A stretch of DNA of 33,193 bases, taken from positions 62,001 to 95,193 of the forward strand of contig UYFQ01000683.1 of the NCBI GenBank assembly GCA_900617105.1. The letters are read 5' to 3'. The position numbers were made by a program, and so were the translations under genes. The DNA is from Hydrurus foetidus (lineage: Eukaryota). A model generated the notes under the pieces. It did no database searches and had not been told where the DNA came from. It was given only the letters and a program-made list of their open reading frames with translations. Positions 21,301-33,193 of the stretch are shown piece after piece; within the stretch, counting starts at the first letter, position 1; every line of letters starts with the position of its first letter.

Positions 21301-24300
21301 ACTAGATGATATCGCTTCATCCCTGTCACTTCCCTCTTTCTTAATCACGCATGAATGATCTTCATTTTTCACGATTTCCTTGCACACTAAATGTATGTGG
21401 ACTTTTTCCCTTTCTGCCCATGACCAACATCCATTCTTTTCTTCTCTTTCCTCCACTACTTTCATTCGTGTGAACGAGGACTCCTGTTTGATTTTTTCCT
21501 TTCTTAATTGATCGAATTCTCTTAAATGAAAAGCAAATCGAGGATTAGCTTCGATAGCAGAAGGAGTGAATATTTCGTCTTGCGGAGCTTTTTGCTGCCA
21601 CATTACTCTGTCAAGAATATTCTTTGTGCTTCGTAGTGGGTGTGGATATGACGGCATTTGCGATGCTTGCAAACCGTACAGTCCTTTCCCTAATCCCTGT
21701 TGTCTCATCGGTGCTGATGGCGCACACACAGAAGATTGAAAAGGAAAAGGGCGGTACCCGTCCAGGGCTTTTTGAATAACAACCCCAAAGGGATCTTTGT
21801 ACAAATAATTCATCACCGCTATTATCGAATCTTCCTCCCTGGTCCAACCAAACGCTTTCATTTCTATCTCTGTCGGCACTGAGGAATAGGAATACATAAT
21901 GTCAAAATGAGTTGTACGAAATGTGATAGCAAAACATACGCTCGTATGAGTAAAAAGAAGCATACGCAAAGTGAAAGCAGCTTAGTGCAATGAGAGGCGA
22001 CATGATTATAGGGAAATATTAGTGCAATGAGAGGTGACATGATTATGGGGAAAGATAGTAGTTCTATTTCCTCACCTCTAGGCTTGAGGGCGGTGCGGAT
22101 TGGGGGCAGTCTGGTGAAGAGAGGATTGACCGTTCCCCCCAGGGACGAAGGTCTCGAGTTCGATCCTGCCTCCAATCGAGCTCGCACATTCCGAATATTT
22201 GGTATTAATATAGGCTGATCTAGTACTCTCTTTCTCACCGGCTCTTTATCCCGCTCAATTTTGAGTGAAAGATTTTGAGAGACTCTGGACTTTCGTGCGG
22301 ATTTTGATGAACTGGAACGCGGTACCACGTAACGCACTGTGAACTGTGTGTGCGACTCGGCTATGGCACTCTTCCTCCCCCATGTAGGCACCAGTTGTAA
22401 GTCGCCTTTCATGGCGTTTTGCAGCGGATGGACATGTACATGGGTGTCTACGGAGATGCCTTTTCTTTTCAGCTCTCTGAGAGAGTCACGGTATGATGTG
22501 ACGCAGTGCGGCAGAGTAACGGTTACCCCAATATTAGGGGACAGAGCGGCAGTATTACCCCCAAAAGATCCGGGGGGTCTCGTTTTCGGTGTTTCCTTTA
22601 ATCTGTCTATTGGATGAGAGTCAGTGAAGGGTTCGATAAGGGACCAGAACAACTGCTCCCCACACGTCACTCCTAAACCGGATCTGCGAAGACGGATTTT
22701 ATCAGCTTCACAGAGAGTCTTACGGTTAAGTCGACTTTCTAAATCATGTGCGGGGACTTTAAGGTAAGAGCCCGGACCATATTCACTTTTAATTTTTAAT
22801 CTCCCGTGAGATTTGTAAGTTGTTGTGTGAACCTGAGAGTTGAAGTTGAAGTCATAGTTGCTCCTCATTGCTCCTCCGTTATCACCAGGAAATGATGACG
22901 TTGCAGATGTTGATAGGGGGAGATGCGCGGAGGGGGGTCGGCCCGGTCCGGTAAAGAGCCCTGAGTGGGACCCAACTGCCCCTTTCTGCATGACAGCGGA
23001 GCCGTACCCTCTTGTACTCCCACCTACAAAGTCTTCCATTTCATTCCTGGACAGTAGCTGCCAGTCTCGGTTAGCCACATACGCCATACGAAGAGTCAGG
23101 CCGGACAATAAAAAGGACCCCGCATCATTTGATCCCAGTGGTCTCACCCAATGCAGCGCTGCTCTTCCCTTCAATCGGAGGGAAAGAAGCGTCTCCGCCA
23201 TTCTGTCGGCAGACCAACAGCTCTCGCATAAGTCGTCACCTTCCGTATCTGTGATGCCAAAGCTGAATGACCCCTCGTGTGGGTCACTTGGGATCTTATC
23301 CGATGCAGGATTGACATCTTCTTCACGCACTGCCAGTAGAGATGTGGTGGATGACAGCAGGACAGCGGGAGCTCTCGCGACAGTGGATGTGCCACATATG
23401 GTAGTAGGGGTAATGGCATCTGTAGCGGGGCATGTAGAGGTTTTTTTCTTGTCTTTCTTCCTCTCCGCCTTACGCGACTTCATCGCCTTGACCTCAGGAT
23501 CCTCCTCATCTTCTTTGCCTTTATTCGTACCGAAGGGACTTCCAGTAAGCCCGGCTAACTTCTCCGCAATTCCCTCCGCATTGTCGATGGAGAGGTCGCT
23601 TTTCTTCCTTGGAGCGTACGTTCTCTTCACAACCGGTAGGCCCATAGATGACAGTGTCCCCGTCCCCGCTGATGACCCCAAAAGGGTCGAGAGGGACGTA
23701 GTGGCGACATGTGCAGTCGACCTCCCAGACACACTAAGCTCCACACTGGTGCCACTGCTGTGAAGTGCTCTCTCCACATCTCTGATAGCCCGTAGAAAGG
23801 CTCTGCGCCATCTCTCTGCGAGGGCTTCTCTAGTGGCGCTGTCCTGCACCCTCTCAGCAACACCCACACCCACACTCCCAGCCTTCACACCTGATGATGA
23901 CGACGAACCTGCACCTGTTGCAGCAGCTGTTGCAGTCGTCAGCTTGAGGGACTTGGAGCCGGACATTTCACAATTCTCACCGCTTGAAGGTCCGGGTCGC
24001 GGAACTAAGACCGGAGATTCCAAGTCTAAGTCGTCATAGGAATCAATGGCTTTTGTCTCAGCGAGAATGAGCAGCAGTGACTCTTCAACGGGTGGCTTGG
24101 ATAGACTGGGGTACTCCTCATATCCTCCTAAATGGTCCAAATGAGGGCTGTCCGATGGCGCACTCAGATTAGATGGGGGTGGGAAAAGATCACAAGACAG
24201 AGGGACAGTGGATGTGTCTGCGTCACTGAGGGGGGCAGTTATGTGGTCGCCTTTATGTTCCGTTGATTCTGATTCTAGTACGTCACTGTCTGTCCGTACG

Positions 24301-27300
24301 TCCGTTATCAGCGTGAGAAACTCATTGACAGCCTCCATAGGCATCTTCGGTGTCAAATCTGTCTGTGTGTTTGATCGTGACCTATTGCTCACTAGTGAGG
24401 GTTTGCCCTTGCAGAGGAAAGGGGCGGCTGATAAGAAGGTCTTGTTGTCAGCCGTATCCCTGGCTGTTGATGAGAATGCGCTATGAGTGATGGAGGATGG
24501 AGGCAGTCCTGTCGGTGCACCGTTATATCCAGGGGAAGAGGAGATAGTGTCGATTGATCCTGATCGCCCCTCCGTCCCTCTGCACCCTACAGGCCTAATA
24601 GCATTCAGAACGAACCCCGGATCTGAAAGATTCTTGAATTTGATGCCTTGCAATGCGGTCAAATGACCACCAGCTCTGATGACTGCTTCTTCTAAAGTGC
24701 CTTTGGCCGCAACCCGTATAATTGTTACGGTGTCCCCTGTATAAGCTCCCGCTGTCTCTTGCAGTCTATAGCAATCTCTGATATTCACGCAGTCACCAGA
24801 CCAACTCTCACTCAGCACTATGATCGCATCAGCATTCCTAGGAACCAGTCCCCCTGGGGATCGGAATATATTGTTCTGCACAAGCAGAATCCCTTTGGGA
24901 CATTTATTGAAGGAATCCACTACACCCTGACCCCGGAGCCAGCCGAGTCCACTGCCCATTATACCATCTAAGCCGCGGACTGTGGACTCTCCATTCTCAC
25001 TATTATCATCCCCTTTGGGGATTTCAATGTCTGGAATGTACTGGGTCCTAGGTGCGGTTGGATCGTTTGCGAGACCAACGAACATAAATTCTACCCCCAA
25101 TTTCTCTAGATATCTGTGAAATGATACATTGCAGATGTTGTAATGTCGAGAAATAGATAATGGATTGACAGTCTCTTCTAAAGTTCAATTCTGGTCATGA
25201 GTCGACGATAAATGTAAACTGAACATCAACCGGTGTGGTGCGCTTCATTCCGATAGAAATAGTAGAAAAGGGAAGTGACAGATGATACACAGGACAAAAA
25301 AAGAAGCAGCTGTGGGTGTTGATTACTTCCAGTACAGTCATCATTAATGACAGCAAGAATGAGACTGAGGACGAGACTGACCTGCTCACAGTTAGTACTT
25401 CCTCTTCCGCCTCCGCTGTTACCACTACCTTGTTCTCCTTGAATCGATGCAGCAGCGTGTGTAGGGCTCTGAGTTTGTAACTCCCAGCGGAGTATCTGTC
25501 TGTCTCTGCACTTTCTTTCTCTATCTCCGCATCACTGAGAGTGACGTCATCGAGTTGGTGCCGTACGAATTGGGAAGTGAGTGGCGCAGATGTGCATTCT
25601 GTGGGTCTGGATGTTGGACAGAAAGGCGACGATGAAGACGGAGAGCACATTGCTCCTCCACTGCCATGACTGACAGCGGTACTGCTGCTGCTGTTGCTAC
25701 TGCTCATGTCGAATGATAAAGGGCATCGTAGCTTGGACGCTAGTCCCCCCACGCTAAAGCGCAACTGCTGCTTGCTGCCTCGCACGTACGCTGCACAACT
25801 CGTACGGTACACGACATTACTTGCTTTCACGTTATGCGTGGGAAGTACGATACTGGATGTGCCGGGTAGCGCAGATAAATCTGCATTATCTACCGACATA
25901 GGCATAGGCAGAGTTGCTTGTGTAGCTGTAACATCTTTCTCCTCACTCCCACTTACCAAACTGTCACTCACTTCTATTTTCTGATCATCAAGTACGTCAC
26001 TTTCTACTTTCGTATCTTCGACATCCATGATTCTAGACACCGCATCCATAGTCTCTCCATTCTTCTTATCTTTTTCTTTCTCCTTTTCTTTCTTTTCTTT
26101 TTTTTCTTTTTCTTTATTTTCGCTCATTGATTTAGGTAAATCTTTCAGTGTTAAATCTGATTTCGTTCTGGCGTGAGAATGTGAAGCATTGACTTTTAAA
26201 GAAGTCCTCTCTGTCACTTCCTCCTCTGCCTCAATTTCAATACATATTGTTTGCTCATGAAAACATATTTGCCTCAGGATGAAAGCAGCTTTTGCCACGT
26301 CCTTAACATTGCTTCCCTTAAAGGCTCCGATGGACAAAAAGTAGTCCAGAGCTGTTTGATATTTTCTGCTTTGTAATGCGTCCATTTCAAAGGTGACAAT
26401 TTCTTCTGTTAATCTTTCAATGCCCATCATATCGTCTGCGTGAGTAACGCGTACGAGCACAGACAATCTTTCCAATACATTCATATCGCTTGCTAAGGAC
26501 GTTTTTGCCATTTTCGTCCCCATAGGACTGGATCCTTCTTTTACCCCCGGGGGAACAGAACAATATGATTCATTTTTGCTCCCCATAGGCACGGATTGCG
26601 CATGATTACGTAATCTTGGAAGGAGGAATTCAAGCAAGGCAGTATTTGCCGACACTGTTTCGAATTTGCTCTCATCAGTTATAATACATCTATTCGCCAA
26701 TGAAATTGGAAGTATATCTGACAGCATGCTTAACCAATGCTTTCCGCTTTTCTTGCCTCTATCCTCCTCTTTTGTTTCAACAATTGGTATGGGATTCATT
26801 TGATCTAGTATTGTAGCGGTAGAAAAATATATTCCTCCCTCCATTTTTATTTTTATATCCACTTCTGTTCCTTTTTTATTCGTCGGCAACACCACCTCCT
26901 CACGCACACCGTTTGTATGCAACAACAAAGAAGATTTCATCGCTGATACATTTAAGCCCCTAATATCCACTACAACACCGCACCATCGAAATTCTGGGTC
27001 CACGGTCTCTTGATTAAATATTCCTTTGAAATTCAATCCGTTTTCATTTTCCAATTCTAAGATTAAATGCAAATTCTCCAACGCACAGAGCAGTACGTCA
27101 GGAAGAATATTCCCAGCAGAAGAATATTCTTCTGTTTCTGTTTTTTTTCCGGATGAAGCGCACCACACACTGGCGGACCAAAGCTGTACTGTACGGCCAG
27201 GGAACGTACGTTTGAATTCTGACAGCCATCGAATTAGTCCAAGTCTAGGAACGAGGGCTAAAACCGTTCTGCTTCTATCCTTAGAGTTCTTAAGTCCGAA

Positions 27301-30300
27301 AGTTGGAGAAGAGGAAGAAGAAGAAGAAGAGGAGGAGGGGGTCGCACTAGGATAAAAATACCCTTCCGATAAGATTCCAGGATTGGGTCCAGGTCCCTCC
27401 ATGTCGATAGCTGACCCCACTTCCTTCTTCACCTCCGCCCCACACGCACTAGACGGTTTTGCTAGAGATTTGATCCATGAATCGATGGCAACAGCGGTCA
27501 GTGCTGTCCGTCCAGAGTGTTTCACACCACACACAATGGCACCATACCCCATGTCGTTTCTCTTGATGACGTGTGTCAGTGCTGATTGCTGATGTGTGAG
27601 TAGTGCCGATGCCAGGGGTGACATGGACTGAGATTCCAAGAGTGGGTTGAGTGGCGCACTAGAAGGTAGCACCAATTTCTCCAACTCTTCCGATGTATCA
27701 CGTTCATCATCAGTGACGCTCTCAGAGGTGGTAAGATGGAAAGTGTCAGCGAGGCACCTCTTCATAATCTCTTCACGTCTTATCTCGCTGAAACTAAGAC
27801 CCACAGATCCATCCCAGGCAGGGGCAGGGGAGGGGGTCACTGGAGACAAGTCATCTTCCCGGTCATCCTCTTCAACTACCTTGCATATCTTCAAATGTTC
27901 GAGAGCTTCTTTGTTGTGAGCTCGAATAGAGCCGCTCACCGCTGACCAGTGCTGCTCTATGATGGAGGACACATGACTGGCAATTGCTTTGATACTCTGC
28001 TGAGCATTTTCTTTTATCTGCACCACACTAGACTGTGTCTCTGTGACTGTGTGTGTTGGAGTCTGTGGGTCCAGGTCTGGTAGTTCTGCTTGATTTACAT
28101 CCTTCTCAATATCCATAGGAATCCCATCAGTAGGAACCGGAAATTTCTCTGTGGAATCACACCGCACCATAGTGACTGCTACTTCTTCAACACTAGTGGA
28201 TTCAGGTGGAGATGAGTCGCTGGTGGTGGATGGTCCTCCTCCCTCTGTATATTTGAACCTGGTAACCGCAGCTTCAGCACACATCTGTGATACTGCGTGA
28301 CAATGTGCAATTTTAACTCTTCTCTCTTGCTTGAAGTCGATGGCCATCCATTGCACCTCGTCCAATAGATAATCCCAGTGATTTTTAAGACGGGGGAGAT
28401 AGGGCGGTGGTCCCTTTCTGGCCAGCATGGCCTTCCTTTCTATGGCCAATAGCCTCGATGTGGTGACTTCTTTTCTTTTTGTCAAAGCTGTTAGGCTCTC
28501 TATTCTTAAGTCGTTGTGAGTCACAACTGCTGAGGCGACTGCTGCAGCTACAGCGTCCTTTTCTTTTTCCTCCTTCACGCGTTCTTTCTCCCTTTCTCTC
28601 TCTGTTTTTCTCTTCTTTCTCACTTTTCTTTTTCAACTTCTTTTTCAGCTTCTTTTTCTGATTCTTTCTCTGCTGCTTCTCGTGTTTTTCTTTCTTTCAC
28701 TTTTTCTCTTTGACTTTTTGTCTGTGGATTTCTAACAGCTTTCGCCTCTTTTGAAGCGCTTTTTTCCTTGACTACAGCTGGCTTCACAGATGGCACTTTA
28801 GGAGCCTTCACTGCTGCACCTGCAACTCCTGCTGCTGCTGTCACTGTCACTGCACCAACACCGCCAGCACTAATAGCACCAACTACAGCAGTCAAGGAGT
28901 TGTCTACAGTTTGAAGTTGAGTATTGAGTGCTGGTGCAATAAGATCTCGTCCTGCGATAGGTGGACCTCTCTGCGGTAGACTGATCTCATCTGCTACACC
29001 TGGAACTCTAGGTCCAGGAACCGTCTTATTGCCCCCTAAAGGGCCAGTCACAACGGACGTACTGGGGGGCATGAAAATAGGACTGGGACCGGGAGCATTT
29101 TTCACCGCTGCTACCTCATCTGGTACAGACGGTTTTAATAGGGGATTGACATGACCTGCTGCAGCAGCAACAGCACTAATTGATGAGAATGTTCCTTTTC
29201 CTCCTGTCTTTGGCTGCTCTCTTCTTTCTGAAGGCAACTCAATGGGCATGGACACATGTGCGGGAGGAAGGGATATGTAGCATGATGATGCCGCTGATAC
29301 GGCTGATGTGGCTGACACGGTTGAATCTGTTAAATCTCCACTGCCACTGCCAGCACCGCTGCCACTACTAGTACCAGCACTGTGTGAGGGCTTGGAGGAG
29401 GAAAGTGTTGTCACGAAGACCCCCTCAGTAGGTGTCAGTCCTCCCACACCAGCTGCAAGCTGATGGGATGCATTCTGCAACTGCACCTGCTGTGAGTGTG
29501 TCTGTGCTTGCGTGGGCTGTATTTGAGTGACCTGAAGATCTGTGAAACACAGTAGTTGCGTGAACAAGTTAGCGCGGAGAACACCCACGACAAAGAATAC
29601 AATTAATCATGAAATAAAATACAGGAACACAGACCTTGAGAGCCAAAATGTTGAAACGTTGCTGGTGAAAAAGTGCCGCTCAGTACCCCACCTCCAAGAG
29701 GGAAGGTAGTTCTCAATGCTGTTTGAGCTGCTGAACCCACATCAGGACTGGGATCGACCTGAGTAAACAATGGGGTGGATTGACTCACTGGCACAAGAGG
29801 TTCACTGATCGTTTCGGAGTGTTGGCCTTGCGTTGACATTGGCAGAAATAGGTGAACAGGGGGGTCGGGCAGTCGTTGAGCAGCAGCCGCTACGACAGGG
29901 TTCAAGCTGGTCCTCCGTGCAAGAGCTACGCTGATGTTACTCGAGTCTTCAGCTTGTGGATGTGGTGATGCAAACATGTGCTCGTGACGAGCTCTCTGGT
30001 GTGGGATGAGAGTCGGAGTCATAGCAGCCGAATAGATTCCAGATGAGCTGTGGAGTTCGTTAAGGATTGACTGGTCAGGGACGTTGACAACAGCAGGTTC
30101 AATCGATGCAATTGAGGCAATCACTGACTGGGTGCGCAACCATGGTGGCAGATTGCTCTTCGGACTCTGCGATGTCCCCTCATAATTACAAGCTGTCGAC
30201 ATGTTGGTCGTTTCTCCAGTAGTCTCAAAAGAAATATCCTTCTGGCCCTCCTCTCTCGGAGAAAGGACACTTCGGGATGTAATTGATTTAGCCGATGCCG

Positions 30301-30690
30301 AGCTAGAGCTATGATCATTTCTGTCGAATGAGCCGCTTGACTGCTGGTCATCAAAAGCTGTTGATTGGGTCGATGAAACTACTGAATCTTCAAATGCTGC
30401 ACTGCTTTGGACTCTAGCGTCAGCGCTGGCGGGGCTCGCTAAAAAATCGTCTGATTGACTCTCCTGCAATAACATAAAGTCAATGGTTGAGACGCGCAAG
30501 TCGAAAAAAATGTCACTCTGCACTGGCGTGCTGTAAATTTCGTCACAACCCTCTATAATGCTCTCACCTCTGCAGCAATATTTAATGATTTCGTGGATGT
30601 GCCATCACAAGTAGATTTTAATTCATCAATTACTGATCGGGTGTGTGCAATAACTTGCTCTCTCCTTCTTTTTTTTGTCGTGGTCGGCAT
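18380..30690 (-). CDS. p400/SWR1/PIE1-related chromatin protein: HSA domain, degenerate split SNF2 ATPase, SANT-like segment and Q/P/G-rich tail, ~3,680 aa; one frameshift near 28623
   Basis: Nine exons: 30690-30568, 30463-29635, 29539-25382, 25113-22076, 21878-20733, 20585-19729, 19542-19333, 19168-18877, 18762-18380. Phases agree if one base is restored near 28623. HSA: KNHWDYLLDEVQWMAIDFKQERRVK. SNF2 remnants: LLTHQ, ALVPRLGLIRWLSEFKRTFP, LRQICFH, SYKLRAL, NADAIIV...W, IIRVAAKGTLEE. SANT-like: WTREEDSII. Confidence 0.78.
21982..22053. repeat. Intronic tandem duplication, 35 bp x2 (37-bp period, 2 mismatches)
   Basis: TTAGTGCAATGAGAGG(C/T)GACATGATTAT(A/G)GGGAAA at 21982 and 22019. Confidence 0.9.
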
Positions 30691-30997
30691 CTCAACAGCT
30701 GAATGTTAAGATATCAACTTGAACAAGATATCATCCTCATTGTCTGCTGTGCAGTCGAAATGATCGTTTTTAAACAATTCTCTAAAAAATTTCGTACACA
30801 CTTGAACAGTCGATTTCGTATAGCCGTTGTTTCATTATTGAAGCGGATGACCTTCGCGGTGCGTCTTGTTAACAATACAGTGTAATAGCTGTCAACAAAC
30901 ATATACTGGTAGATCTGTAGATGAGATGAGGGACGAGGAAGTGTGATAGCTGCTGCTACTGGGAGAACCGATACCCGGTGAGCGTGGGATCGGATGC

Positions 30998-31583
30998 TAC
31001 TGTACGGTACTGTACTGTACTGTACGGTACGGTACGGTACGGTACGGTACGGTACGGTACGGTACGGTACGGTACGGTACGGTACGGTACGGTACGGTAC
31101 GGTACGGTACGGTACGGTACGGTACGGTACGGTACGTACGGTAATGGTTACGGTACGGTACGGTACGGTACGGTACGGTACGGTACGGTACGGTACGGTA
31201 CGGTACGGTACGGTACGGTACGGTGTTTGGTACGGTACGGTACGGTACGGTACGGTACCGGTAATGGTACGGTACGGTACGGTACGGTACGGTAAGGTAC
31301 GGTACGGTACGGTAATGGTAATGGTAACGGTAACGGTAACGGTAACGGTAACGGTAATGGTACGGTACGGTACGGTACGGTTCGGTACGGTACGGTACGG
31401 TACGGTACGGTACGGTACGGTACGGTACGGTACGGTATGGTAATGGTGCCGGTACGGAATGGTACGGCGGTGGTACGGAATGGTACGGTACGGTACGGTA
31501 CGGTAATGGTAATGGTACGGTACGGTACGGTACGGTACGGTACGGTACGGTACGGTACGGTACGGTACGGTACGGTACGGTAC
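30998..31583. repeat. (GTACG)n pentanucleotide microsatellite with GGTAAY hexamer interruptions
   Basis: Directly visible, ~585 bp; GTACT variants at the left edge. Confidence 0.97.
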
Positions 31584-31623
31584 AAACAGTTGACAGTTTA
31601 CAGTTTGTTCACACAGAGCACAG

Positions 31624-31977
31624 TGTTGTGAAAAGTGGACTTAAAGGTGTGCCGTATGTCCCATACGGTTGGTCACAAGCTCCCCACTGCACTCTCCGAT
31701 GCGGCTTCACTCGTTCTGTCTGGACTCAGAAGAGAAGTTTCGCTGTCGGCTACGAGTTTTGGGTTAATTAGCACTGCTGCAACGCAGTAGTAGTCGAGTG
31801 TAGTCGGTAGTTGTCGCATCAGGTTGATGGCTATGCTAGATCAAATACGTCATATCGTATGTAGTACGGAACTGCTGTGGTGCAACACCGTACGTGTGGT
31901 TCAAATATGAAATACAGATAATAGCATCACAATTCGTATACGGAATATCTAGTCTACATAATACTGATATTACTACA
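31624..31977 (-). repeat. Putative 3' LTR of the copia element
   Basis: Starts TGTAGTA right after the PPT-like tract (minus strand). The preferred end is ...CACAACA at 31624; an alternative end ...TACTACA at 31860 would give a 118-bp LTR. The second LTR is outside the window. Confidence 0.55.
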
Positions 31978-32522
31978 CACCCCTATGATGTGTTATCGTA
32001 TTCAATTCATACAAGTTTATTCAATTATTATTTCAAAGGCATTAAATTAATTCATACATGTTCATTCAATATTAATCATAAATAAAGTTTCGTCAATGGC
32101 TCCGGAATGTTACGTCGGTGTCTTGAAAATCGATCTCAGTCGGAAAAGAATGTAGTAGTAGTTGGCTGTAGGAATTTGTAGGCGGTAGAAATAGTTGGCG
32201 GTTGGAATTGTCGGTTATAGAAGGAAGTTTGATTTTGGCAAAGTTGGCAGTTGGAAGTAGTTTATCGTAGGAATGTTGGTTCTGGAGTCTTCGTCTTGAT
32301 GTGTCTCCAGTTGATGTGTCTCGACCATGTGTGGTTAAGGCTCTAGTGTAGGTGTCTTGAGTGTTCAGGTCTTGGAGGTAGATGTTGTAGGGCAGAAGAA
32401 ATTCGATGGAATTGCAGATTCATAAAAACAGATTCATATAATACATAGGGTTGATGTTGGCCAAGGTAGCAGAAATAGTGTTGGCAAAGCGTAGGTAGAA
32501 GAAATTTGATGGATTGGAATAC

Positions 32523-33193
32523 TCAGGTGGTGTTGAGTAGTTGGTTGCGGAAAGTTCTGAACTGCTCTCCTTGAAGGGGTTTCGTTAGCATGTCTGCTAA
32601 CATCTCGTTGATTGATTTATAACTGATGGTGATTTCGCGTTCTTTTATCCGGTCATGTAGGAAGAAATACCGGATATCGATATGCCGCGTACGTTCGCTG
32701 TTGGAGCGACCGTTGTTGATCAGTTGGATGGTGGATTTGTTGTCTTGAAATATGATGGCGCTCCTGTCTTCATATCCTTGATTGATAAGAAATAGTCTAG
32801 TCCATAGCACTTGGTTGGCTGAGTCGCTAAGTCCTACTAGCTCGGCTTCGGTACTTGACTTCGTGGTTAGCTTTTGAGTTGAACTCTTAGCATACACTAC
32901 GCCTTTCCCTAATGTGATGGCGCTTCCTGTGTGACTCTTCATGTCGTGATGTACTCCGTAGGAAGCATCAACATAGCATGTAACGGTGGTGGGGTCATCT
33001 ATCTGTAGTGTAAGGCCAAGGTCTCTAGTGTGACGTACGTACTGTATGGTACGTTCCAGCTTTTTCAAGTCGTCCACTTGTGGTTTTGTCACCCGCTTCG
33101 TCAGGAACGCTACTGGCGTCAGAATATCCGGCCTCGCTCTTTTGCTTAAGTATAGCAGCTTCTCTGTAATGGAATGAAAGAACTCACGAGCAG
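32523..33193 (-). CDS. Copia Pol C-terminus (RT end and RNase H), partial
   Basis: Motifs LLYLSKRARPDI, YVDASYGVHHDMKSHTG, KSSTEAELV, QDNKSTI, RTRHIDIRYFF, MLADMLTKPLQG; the frame is open to the window edge. Confidence 0.95.
   Translation of the reverse strand, partial: AREFFHSITEKLLYLSKRARPDILTPVAFLTKRVTKPQVDDLKKLERTIQYVRHTRDLGLTLQIDDPTTVTCYVDASYGVHHDMKSHTGSAITLGKGVVYAKSSTQKLTTKSSTEAELVGLSDSANQVLWTRLFLINQGYEDRSAIIFQDNKSTIQLINNGRSNSERTRHIDIRYFFLHDRIKEREITISYKSINEMLADMLTKPLQGEQFRTFRNQLLNTT

Larger units (their letters stand above)
31624..33193 (-). mobile_element. Ty1/copia LTR retrotransposon, 3' end (continues beyond the right edge)
   Basis: End of RT plus RNase H, then a ~545-nt 3' spacer, a PPT-like ATAGGGGTG and a candidate 3' LTR. 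Confidence 0.9.

Noticed and set aside
22858..23763. 301-aa plus-strand ORF and other antisense ORFs over the p400-like, sfsA and TOM1 genes
   Set aside because: They are shadow frames of real coding exons and contain no recognisable motifs.
30978..31631. ORFs with YGTVR/VPYRT repeats
   Set aside because: They are translations of the pentamer microsatellite.

Overview
Gene-dense eukaryotic nuclear DNA with short GT-AG introns and the standard code. The lineage is probably a stramenopile/ochrophyte alga or protist; this is inferred from the element types and gene content and is not proven. From left to right the window holds: (1) the 5' part of a CLU/CLUH gene (-); (2) an apparently intact ~3.96 kb Crypton-like tyrosine-recombinase (YR) transposon sitting between two divergent genes; (3) TLS1/C9orf78 (+); (4) a DUF4485 protein, a SWEET transporter and an intronless SfsA-family nuclease (all -); (5) a ~300 bp inverted copy of an exon segment lying ~8 kb away; (6) a TOM1/GPR137-like membrane protein (-); (7) a ~3,680 aa p400/SWR1-like gene (-) with an HSA domain, an apparently dead SNF2 ATPase, a SANT-like segment and one frameshift; (8) a ~585 bp (GTACG)n array; (9) the 3' end of a Ty1/copia LTR retrotransposon. 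The best candidates for something new are the YR element (symmetric att-like ends, a perfect 20-bp hairpin and ~1.1 kb of non-coding cargo), the antisense exon copy behind TOM1, and the pseudo-ATPase p400. All gene models were spliced by hand, and family calls come from motif recognition, not from database searches.
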